DNA of 64,000 bases from Lobosporangium transversale (taxonomy: Eukaryota), in NCBI RefSeq assembly GCF_002105155.1, contig NW_019028994.1, positions 744,001 through 808,000 of the forward strand, written 5' to 3'. The first letter of the stretch is position 1. Every line of letters starts with the position of its first letter. Of this stretch, positions 50,884 through 61,900 are shown in pieces. The notes below the pieces were generated by a model. That model was not told where the DNA came from. It saw only the letters and a list, made by a program, of their open reading frames with translations, and made no database searches. Position numbers and translations under genes: made by a program.

Positions 50884-51360
50884 GATCATCCTTTCAATCC
50901 TTACAATTCGTCCGCAGATTCTGGAGTAGAATATTTCGTTGCCGCGGACGTGGAGAGGGGCTTTCTTTCAGTCATGTTCATGCCCCGACTATGTCCGACA
51001 TAAGATCCCTTGCAAGCACATGTATTTAGTGTCAAGAACCTATGACGGCTGTGATGTTCAATACATCGCTGCCCCTTCGCGAATTGAACATCAGGACTAG
51101 CACGTAGAGTTCGACTTTAAGTCTCCCTCTCGAGAGCTTTATCTTGCCAGCCTTATTACGCCAGCTGATTGTGATGAGAGCTAAAGGGAAGAAAAGAAGA
51201 AAGAGAGGAAAGAGGTCACTGCCCAAGCGTTCGAAGAGTGTGAAGAAGAATTAATGGGTCTGTGAAAGAAGCTGGCCCGTATAGCATATAATGGGCAAAA
51301 AAGAAAGTGCACATTGAAGGATATGCAAGATTCAGTAGCAGATCTGAGTAGTAATTGATA
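50884..51360 (+). pseudogene. SWIM zinc-finger fragment, probable MULE-type transposase relic
   Basis: Codons from 50969 read QSCSCPDYVRHKIPCKHMYLV (CxC...CxH SWIM). The preceding EYFVAADVERGF is in another frame, and stops follow downstream. Confidence 0.6.
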
Positions 51361-52105
51361 CAATGACAGCTGTGCAAAAAGACAGAAAGAGCAATAAATC
51401 AACTTAACTTTGTTTTTGGGCCAAGATTGTGCGACTCCCCCAAATCGTGGTGATGACGTGCATCTGAAGAAAACTAATTTATCATTGATTCGAGGGTCTG
51501 GAAGCAAAGGCGATCAAGTAAACACCGTCATTTTTTTCTTGCTAAACTAGCTTCAATTTTAAGGAGTATGCGAAAAGGAAGATGAAGACACAATTCGGTA
51601 AGCAAAGCAAGCTGTGCGACCATGAAGCAGGGGCCAAGCTGCAATTGTATTTGTTCTTCCCGGCGGGACAGTGAGATCAAGTTTTATTCCCACAATGGGG
51701 AGTAGAAACTCGTTACTTAGTTTTTTTTTTCACTCTTTTTGATCCTTTTTCTTTTTCTTTTTCTTTTTTTTTTTTCTCATTACATTCTTCTTCATTCAAC
51801 TTCATTCCGTTGCTTGCATTTCTTCGTCTCGTACTTTTTTTTAGCACCTTTCTATTTCAATCCCTGTAGCGTGTGTCGCGTGCGTATCTTTTCATTGTAA
51901 ATAGTCCTCTGCGCATATTGACACACTTCTCTCTTGAGAAAAAAAAATCGTTCTCTGACAAGACAAAGAAAAAAAAACGCAAGGTATTAGGATCAAACGA
52001 CCAACTAGTAAAGTAAAAGAAAAACGAAAACGCGTCAATGGATACAAATATTTAAAAGAGCTTTTCCCTCCTTATTTTATAACCCATTAGTTTTGATTCC
52101 CTACC

Positions 52106-52912
52106 ATGGATCCAACTCAACAACCTCAAGGGGATGGTCAGGCCAACCTTCAAGAGGCTCCTCACCTCGCTGACCTTGATCAGCCCAAGCCGCAGGTACC
52201 AGGAAAAGCACAGCTTGATGATGCGGTCGGAAGAGCTGTAGGCGGTACAGTGATCGCATCCGATATTAACCCTTCGGCCTTGCCTACTGCTGCCAAGCTT
52301 GACGCGGAGCTAGCTGAGCGTCTAGTAGAACAGCAGCCTCAGGCTCAAGCCAACATCGAATCAACACAGATAAACAAGCCTGGTGATGATAAAGCAGCGG
52401 CGGTGGATGACAAGAGTAAAGATAAAGGGAAAGAGAAGGACGTCAAGAAGGATGATCCGAATAATAAGACAATAGGTGCCTACCCAGTCGAGACCCGTAT
52501 TGGTTGGCTGGAGGCTTACAAGCGCACAGATGGGCCACAGAATGAGTTCCGCGACAAATCCATCTGGATGGATGAATTTGCGAGTAGTGCACTCTATGGA
52601 GCCTTTTGGCATAATGCGGCTGTTGTCATTATTCTTCCCATTGTTTGTTTTATCGTATTCAAGCTGGGTGGAGGGCTTGTCTCTTTGATCCTCATCATCG
52701 CCTTTGGAGGTATTTAAAAAAAAAAAGAATACTGCCAGAAAAAAGGCAGCTTAGTTTTTGTTGCTTACTGCTTCTTGGATCTTCTCTTCATTATTAATTT
52801 TTTTTTTCCTTTTAGCAACATATTACAAAAATTCAATTCGTCGCTTCAGACGCAATGCCCGTGATGACATCACACGTGAGCTTATTCGTAACTCGGTAAT
52901 GTATCAAAGCCA

Positions 52913-52946
<34 letters not shown>

Positions 52947-55900
52947 TCCATCCGATAGACGCTAATTCTAATAAGTCATCCCTTCTTTGTTTATAATCTA
53001 TACGCCAATTAGCTGGAAGACGATGCGGAATCCACAGAGTGGATCAACAACTTTATGACCAAGTTCTGGCTCATTTACGAGCCAGTGTTGAGTGCCTCTG
53101 TTGTTCAGACTGTAGATGGTATTCTGATTGATCAGACACCAGCATTCTTGGACTCCATTCGTCTAACCACCTTCACTCTTGGAACCAAGGCTCCGCGTGT
53201 GGATAGTGTCAAAACTTTCCCTAAATCTGATCCCGATGTTGTGGTACGTGATCACAAAAGAAAAAAATTGTAGTATTAAATTGAGGGTTTTCGATGCTTA
53301 TGCTTTTTTCTTCTTAAAAAACAGCTGATGGACTGGAGAGTGTCATTCACTCCAACGGACATTGAAGACATGACCCCAAGGCAATTGCGCGCGCAAATCA
53401 ATCCTAAGGTCTGTTTGACTATCCGTGTTGGAAAAGGCTTTGTCGGAGCTGGCATGCCCATCCTTGTCGAAGATATGTCATTCAAGGGCTATATGCGCTT
53501 CAAGATCAAACTGACATCTAACTTCCCCCACATCAAGAGTGTTGATTTTTGCTTTTTGGAGCCCCCAACCATTGATTATGTCCTAAAACCTGTCGGTGGT
53601 GAGACCTTTGGCATGGATATTGCCCATGTAAGTTTTTCTTTTTTTTTTTTTTTTTTTTTTTTTCCTTCATGGACGATTAGTTCTACCTATATATTTATTA
53701 ACATGCCCGCTTTCTATAGATTCCTGGTCTTCATTCTTTCATTCGTGATCAAACACATGCCATTCTGGGCCCTATGATGTATGCTCCCAATGTCTACACA
53801 TTGGACATAGAACAGATGATGGCAGGTGCAGGAGGACTAAGCTCTGCAATCGGAATTGTCCAGTTCACTATCTACAATGCCAAGGATCTCAAGAATACCG
53901 AACTAATTGGAAGCTCCGATCCCTACGTTAAGATTCGTCTTGGAAACCGTCCAGATATTGCCTCTACAGCAGTGCAAAACAACACGTACGTATCCTGTCA
54001 TGGTATTACTTTAATTTTATCTTCGTGAAGCATGTCTAGTGACCGTTTTCTAATACAACAATGTAGCCTTAACCCCGTTTGGAACGAAACCAACATCATT
54101 TTGCTCCATAATTTGAACGAAATGATCTGCATGGAGATATTTGACAAAGATAAAGTTGGAAAGGACCGTCCCTTGGGTCAGGCCAATTTTGATTTGAAGA
54201 CGTTAGAAGATCATCCAGTTCAGGACGACGTCTGGTGCAAGGTATTGAGAAACGGAAAAGAACGCGGCTCTATTCGAATCCGTGCCGCCTTCTTCCCTGT
54301 TCAAGTATCGGAGCCATCCCCAGATGGAGGAGAGCCCATCCCTATCGAGTCCAACTCTGGAATTATGACCATTAAATTAGCTCAGGCCAAGGATATTGTC
54401 CGTGCTGGCAAGACCAAGTCATTGTGCAAGATTTCACTCAACGGTCGAGTTGTGCATGAGACAAAGAGACTGCATGGCGCCAGCCCTGCTTGGGGATCCG
54501 ACGTTGATGTGTTTATCACGGACTTACCAGCTGCTCAAATTACTGCTGAGGTTGTTTCAGAAAACGATGTGATTGGTTCATATAATGTTCCCGCTACTAA
54601 GCTGTTGCAAGATACTGACAATAAGGTTGAATGGGCATCTATGACCGGTGGTGAAGGCACTGGTAAGATTAAGATGACTGGAATCTGGAAACCTATCCTC
54701 TTGGGCGATGGCCTCAACCCAAGTATCCACAAGCCAGCATTTGGTGTCTTGCGTGTACAGTTGTTTGCTGCACGTGGAGTTCGGAATGTTGAGATTGGAA
54801 GCAGCTCTGACCCATATGTCATCATTTATGGAGAGAAAGGCATTAGTCGGGGACGCACCAAGACGATTGAAAACAACTTGAATCCTGTCTGGGGTGAGAT
54901 TCACTATGTCCCAGTCAACTCGATGAAGCAAGCACTCGAATTCGAGGTTATGGATTTCCAAAAGGTTACAAAGGATAGATCTCTCTTGGTAAGACATCGT
55001 TCCATGTTAGCGAGGTCATTGAGGAGCTTCCTGATAAGGCTGGCTACCAGGCGCGCCCAGCAGTAGATAGATGGGCGCCGATACAACAAAAAGATGGCTC
55101 CAACAAGGGTGAACTTCACTACGAAATTTCCTTCTTCCCTTCCCTCAAGGTTGCTCGACAGGCCACAGAGAAAGAACGTACTGCTACACCCCTGAAAGCT
55201 GCTGCAGAGAGAGAAGAGAATGCCGCTGTCGCTGCTGAAGGTGTTGTGCAGCAACAACAACAAGCAGCACCAACCGCAGCTACAGAGAAGTCTTCATCGC
55301 AGGCCCCAGCACAGGCGAATGCTCCTACCACATTGCCACCAGGAACTGTTTCATCAAGTGATGCTTTGGAACATGACTCAGGAATCCTTGTTACTCATCT
55401 GGTTAGCGCTAATCTCAATCGCTCTGGTACCGCCTATTGCGAGTTTTATCTGGATAGTGATTGCTACCAGTACAAGTCTCAAAGCCAGAAAACACGTAAC
55501 CCAAAATGGAATGAGGTTGCGGACATTTTCGTCAAGGAGCTCGAATATGCAAAACTGGTAATCCTGGTCCGAGAAAAGTCTTCAATGGATAATGACGCAG
55601 TTATTGCTGAGTTCTCTAGCAACGTTAGGTCCTTGTTGGAGAATACTCCTTCTGAAGGGCAAGATTTCCCTCTTCTCCATGGAGCAGAACAAAAAGGAAC
55701 TATTCATCTGAGATTCGAATACTTACCCGTACCAATTGAGCTTTTCCCCAAGGAGCGCCTTGATAGTAAGTGAGCATGTATACCTTTCTCTCCTCACTCT
55801 CTTTTCTTTTTCTTTTTTTTCTTTTTTTTTTTTAGGGGTGGCAAACTAAACTGTCTAATATTCGATTGCATTTTACTATCCACTTAGACATGGGCAATTT

Positions 55901-57142
55901 GACCATTCATTTGGTTCGAGCTAAAAATCTCCTTTCAGCTGATCGAAGCGGTGCAAGTGATCCTTACTTCATTTTCAGAGTGAATGGCAAGGAAGTGTAC
56001 AAGTCTGAGGTCGTTAAAAAGAACCTCAATCCTGAATATAATGAGACATTTGTCCTACCAATTGTATGTTTATGCCATGCAGTAATTATGATTGTATTTC
56101 ATTCTTTTTATTTATTTATTTATTTTTTTTTTTAATTCTGTGATTTAACAATATCGTTTCAATTTTAATCTAGGCATCCCGCATGGAAGATCAACTATCT
56201 TTCGAAGTCTTCGATTGGAATCAAATAGGCAGTGCAAAGTCGCTAGGTGTGGGGGCTCTTGATATTCGTAACATTCAACTTGTATTACCCAATGAATATA
56301 TAGTTCCTATCTCAAATAAGCATAACCAGGGTGAGGTTCAATTGCGTCTAAAATTCATCCCAGAGTTCCTATCATCAAATAAGCGCAGGAGCGGATTTGG
56401 AGCTACTTTCTTGGGTACCGGCATCGGCCTTGCGGCTCAAGGTGGTCAAGCACTTGGACATGTTGGCATGGCAGGCGTTGGCGCAGTAGCAGGCGGCGTG
56501 GGTGCTGTTGGTCATGGAGTAGGTGCTGGAGTGAATGCTGTTGGCCATGGAGCCATCAAAGGCGTGGGTGCGGTAGGCAGAGGCGTTTTTGGCGGTCTCT
56601 CAGCTGGCGCTTCTGCCGTGGGTCTTCACAAGCGAGCAGACAAGGCAGAATCACATCCTCAAGCAGACGTTGCACATCCCCAAACAGGTGCCGCACCCCC
56701 AGCCGTGGATCCTTATACCACTACTAATCAACCCGGTTTAATCGGGCAGCCTGGCTCTTTGATTATTGAAGTCACTGGGGCTGAAGGTCTAATGGGTGTC
56801 GATAAGAACGGCAAAAGTGATCCGTACGTCAAGGTGTCCGTTGGTGGTAAACAGATCCTCAAGACAAAGGTCATAAAAAACACCGTTTCGCCTGAATGGA
56901 GGGAAGTGACGGATCCTCCTGTAGAAATATCAGGAGGGCCAGCAACATTCCACTTTTCGGTCAAAGACCACAACACTCTTGGAGGCAGCAAGGATCTTGG
57001 CTCTTGTGACGTGTCGTTGTGGGAATATATTTATCCTGCTACGCAAGATCATCCTGCACAATACAAGAAAGAGTTCTCAGTCCCGTTGATTGGGGCAAGT
57101 GGAAAGCTTCATCTTAAATTTGAATTTCATCCGAAGGCATAA
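52106..57142 (+). CDS. Tricalbin / extended-synaptotagmin (TM hairpin, SMP, multiple C2 domains); apparent 2-bp frameshift near 54981-54986
   Basis: ESTEWINNFMTKFWLIYEP, RLTTFTLGTKAPR, SMP region, and several C2 domains (SSDPYV...NPVW, ASDPYF, KSDPYV). Confidence 0.88.
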
Positions 57143-57226
57143 AAATCGAAAGATAAATAAAATGAAACACCTTCAATATATTTATTTGTAAATACACCGT
57201 CTTTAATCTGATGCTGTGGATGTGAT

Positions 57227-57679
57227 TTAACAACTGGGCGAAAAGTCGCATGATGCGGTCCAAGGCTCTGAACCAGTCATGGTTCCTTCAGCATCTGGCA
57301 AACGGAAGTTGGCGATCTTGAAGGACTGGATCTTGTTGTCGTACTTGCTGGCGAAAGAGGATATCGAGTATGCTGCCTTGTAGGGGATGTTTGTGCTCTT
57401 TCGGAACCAGTCACCGCTACAGGTTTCGCTAGTATAAAGGGTAATGCTGAATTCTTCATTGTTATAATCTTCGTTTCTGAAGTATAAGGAAGAAGCAGCA
57501 TCAGCGGTACGCTTTGCAAGGTAATAGCAGTGCTGATATCTCTCAACAGGGCAGATGGTGCATTTGCCCCCAAAGCCGGAATACTCGTAGAATCGAAGTT
57601 TGTGTGGATTTTGAGCAACGGAGACATGAGCTTGCAGCAACATCATAGCTGCAATGATAACGAGCATTAAGCGGTGCAT
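57227..57679 (-). CDS. Small secreted Cys-containing protein, beta/gamma-crystallin-like Greek-key repeats
   Basis: 150-aa intronless ORF with a signal-peptide-like N-terminus. Two motifs, FYEYSGFGG...ASSL and LYTSETCSG...IQSF, and 6 Cys. Confidence 0.7.
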   Translation of the reverse strand: MHRLMLVIIAAMMLLQAHVSVAQNPHKLRFYEYSGFGGKCTICPVERYQHCYYLAKRTADAASSLYFRNEDYNNEEFSITLYTSETCSGDWFRKSTNIPYKAAYSISSFASKYDNKIQSFKIANFRLPDAEGTMTGSEPWTASCDFSPSC

Positions 57680-58957
57680 TCTTCTATATTGATCAAGATT
57701 ACAACTTATTGAGTTATTTGCAACATCTTATGGAAAAAAAAAAAAAAAAAAAAAGATGGCTTACGTTAATTTGAGGGGATGCTGGGAATGAGATATAGAA
57801 ACGTGTAAAGAGGAATGAAGAGAGAGACCTTTGAGGGAGAGAGACGCCGGTTTTATACGTTTTTCTTCCCAACAGGGTAAGATTTTAAGGCCATGTCTTT
57901 TCTTTACACAAAGAACGATGTTGTCCCTGGAATGAGGAATGAGGGCGAGGGGAGAGGCAGTATTAAACAAAGGCAATGATTGGACATTCATTCACAGAAC
58001 ATCGTCGCGGAGATTTGAGTCTGCACAACTGCATCATCCAGGTACAACATGTGTATGAATTTTAATAATGCACAGTAGTACAGTACATTTTACAGATAAA
58101 AATGTTTTCCCTCGCCCTCGTCTGTGTTTTTTTTAAAAAAAGTAAACAACAGCCCATGGAATGGTAAAACGGGATTTTTTTTTTTTTTTTTTTTGAACGG
58201 TGCCCAATCTCTGCTTCTACGAGTCGAAGACAATGTCGCCTTTTGAACTAACCAATTCTGCTTGAAAAACTCAACCATAGTATATATACACTCCCTCTTA
58301 CTTTATCACCTATCGAACTAGTCATCATGCCTTCAAAGCAGCAAATTAGCAATAGGACTTTATACACAAGGATCAAGCGCCAGTGACATGTTTGATGACA
58401 TTGAACGTATAACAGACCCTGGTAAGGGTCCCCCAACACAAGGACATGCAGGTCATTATTTTGCTTTGTTTACAAAATTGTACATTTATATATATTTGTA
58501 TGACAATTTTAATGCTTTATTTAAACGAACAATGAAAAAACAGAGCAATTACCATTACTTCGATACAAAAGAAACAGAGAATCTCCTGATATAATCATGT
58601 CTCAGTAGGAAATAGGAAAATATTTGTACAATAATGCTAGTTACCCCTCCTTTCCGAGCTGAATGATATTTAAGACATGCAAGTGTTGAAGTCCCAGAAT
58701 CCTCCTGAGCTAGAGACGGAAAGGACAACCGCGATCCGGTGGCTTCAGTTGTGCTTTAAATACACAGTCAACAATCGAATAAAAGATTCTCTCCAAGCAA
58801 TCAGCTGAATTGTAGATGTCATACGTAGACAGAACTCATATTCCCGCTTTATTTTATCTAAAAAGCGTGTATATTACATTCTATCTTTTTTGATTTATCA
58901 ACAAGCACACCTTTCATTTTATTTTATATTCTAAGTGGCGCCCTGTTGGCTGATCCC

Positions 58958-61900
58958 TTAGTTGCGAGGCTTGCATGAAATGATATGCGCATAGCTGCAT
59001 TCATTGCACATACTATATTTGAAGCGGTAGTCTCTGATCGACCTGCTTGGTGTTGTCATTGTTGGCAATGGCACTCCAGTCAAAGGCTTCATCCCTAAGC
59101 CTGTCTCTACTGATGCAACTTGATGAAGATCCGCTTGACTAGAGACTGCTTTAGACGTCATTAATGGTGTCGCTAAAATATGCTTGGGTCCCTCGTGAAT
59201 GGCCAAAGGGCGAGACTGCTTGTTTATAGCTCCACGCTGCTCCAAAAGCTTCCTGTTGGTTTCACTTAACTTATCTACGCCATGAATACATGTATTGCTC
59301 GCATTTAGGGCTGTTTGTCCGGTACGCCACCTCAAGAGATATTGATATTGGCCACCATCTTGCACAATCTGCCACTTCCGAATAGAATTATCAGCACACA
59401 CTGTCACTAGAAAGTAGCCTTCATCAGAGACATTCCATTTAAGCATTCTAGCTTGTTCAGTTACGTATGGGATTACAATCAAACATTGGCCTGACTCTGG
59501 ATCCCACACTCGCACCGTCCTATCTCCACTGGCCGAGGCAAAATACTTTCCATCGGATGAATAAGCCATATCATTGGGTCCGTGGATATGTCCTTCAAAC
59601 TTATGCAGTATTGACCCTGAGTCTATGTCCACCACACTGATCAGCCCCTCCATTATTCCAATAGCCATATGTTGACTACATGGCGAAAATGTCAAGCCTG
59701 CTGAAGGACTATCAAACTCTATTTCATAACAAAGCTCACCCGTTTCTGCGTCCCATATTCGAAAGATGCCACTGTATACGCCGTGATTCAAAACCAACTT
59801 TCGACTGTCAGGTGAATACATAGGACGGAAAGATTCTATCGTAATCTCGTACTGAAGGGCTCCTGTTTGGGCTGTCCATACTCTGAGAATATAATTATCA
59901 TACGAAGCAATCTGGCGGCCGTTGGGCGAGAATACTACATGCTCCACACGTTTATCATGGCTCTGTAGAGTGCGGATGAGCTCTCCTGTCTGTGTGTCCC
60001 ACATAGTTACTTTTCCATTGAAATGACCACAGATCATTTGGCGGCTAGTAGCAGAGAAATCCAAGGAGTAGACGACATCACCTTGTTCACCTTGTACTTC
60101 CAAGGTACGGATGATTTGGCCTGATTGAGCATCCCAGAGATAGACGCGTAGGCTCTCGTGATAAGAAGCAAGCAACTGACTATCAGGCGAATACTTGATG
60201 TAGGATGCGTTTCCATCGGGGCTTTGTAAAACATAAATAGGTTGTCCTGTCCGTGCATCATCCACATGCATTCCATCTCCGCTGAATGAAGTTATCTGCT
60301 GACCATCTGGCGAGATTCCAGTTCTTCTGGACGATTTCGGATGGCTATGCAAAGCATAAGTGGAGTGTTGCGGCTGAGAATCCCAGAGGCGTACTGTTCC
60401 GTCTCTGCTGAAGGATGCAACCTGATGGCCACTTGGAGAATATGCCACACGGTATATTAGATTAGAGTGTCCATAGAAGATATTCATTAGCTGTGCCGAT
60501 TTGACGTCCCAAAGGCGAACTGTAGTGTCCCAACTGCAAGTGGCTATTTGTTCTCCATTTGGTGAGTATTTTACATCCTGGATTGAGCTAGAGTGTCCTT
60601 CAAGGGTATGTATGGTTTGCCTTGTTTGCATATTTCGCAGGAATACCTTGAATGAGGTAAACGAAGCAGCGAATTTTCCATCAGGCGAATACTGAATGCC
60701 ACAAACACGCTTATCATGCTCCAGTTCACACAGCTTTTGACCAGATCTAGCATCCCACACAGGCAGTGAAAGATATTGGTCACAACAAGTTACGATTTCC
60801 TGACTATTAGGTGAGTACACAATTTGGTCAATTCTAAACTCGCCCATCAGCGCCTTCAGCTGCTGCCCAGATGTTGCATCCCACAGTCGTATTATCGCAT
60901 CATTTCCACCAGTTGCAATTTGCTTTCCATCAGGTGAATACGCCACACTTCTCACTGCATCAGTATGGCCCTCTAACATGTGTTTGAGCACGCCTGACTG
61001 GGTGTCCCAAACTCGCACTGAGGCATCTTCGCTAGCTGAGGCAAGATCGTTTCCATTAGGTGAGTACTCTGCACACAAGACAGGGCGTGTATGGCCCTCC
61101 AATCTGTGAACCAATGCTCCTGATGTTGTATCCAAAATTAAAATTGCATACGGATAGCGGCCCCAGGAGGCGACATGTTGACTGTTTGGTGAGTATACAA
61201 AGCGATAGCCTGACCCATCATGCTTTAAAGTCAAAAGCTTTTCCCATGTTGATGTGTCATAAATGTTAATTGCATACGCGGTTGATTCATCTTCAATAAC
61301 TGCAGCGAGCGTCTTGCCATTAGGCGAGTACGATCCTCTATATACTTCACCGCTTACTTCGAGAAGTGGCCATTCACCGAATTGTACGCCTGCCATCTTT
61401 GCTTCACTCAAGTCCGCTTCACGAAGCCAACAGTTCCGTAAGTTGACCTTCCTCAGATCTGCTCCTTGCAACTGAGCATATTCGAAGACACCATGACTGA
61501 GGTCTGCCCCTGGAATCTGGATTCCTCGTAAGTCTGCATCGATAAACGACTCGCCTGCTCGGATCAAGATTGTCATTGCATTGGCTGCTGCTATTCGCCA
61601 CATATCATCGCCCTTTGAGAGCTCCAAATATGTACACAGCTGCTGTTTGAACATCGGCTCAAGACGAACACGATCCTCTAGGAACTGAAGGATGGATGGC
61701 TCATCTACAAAACTTCTCCATACTAAAGGTGATGTCTCATCGGCTTTAACTAGGTCTACTTCTTGTTCACTCTCTTTGATGTCCATATCTTCGAAACTGA
61801 ACACCGAGCTAATACTCTGTCGACGAGAAAGCGATGTAGTTGCCTTTGCTTCTTCTTCGCTTGTAAAATCAGTAGTTGCTGGCTGCGGCTCAAATATCGC

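Noticed and set aside
51031..51116. Long hairpin (TGATGTTCAAT...ATTGAACATCA plus outer pairing) suggesting a structured ncRNA
   Set aside because: It overlaps the SWIM coding relic, and I found no snRNA, SRP, RNase P/MRP or snoRNA motifs. Probably fortuitous without covariation evidence.
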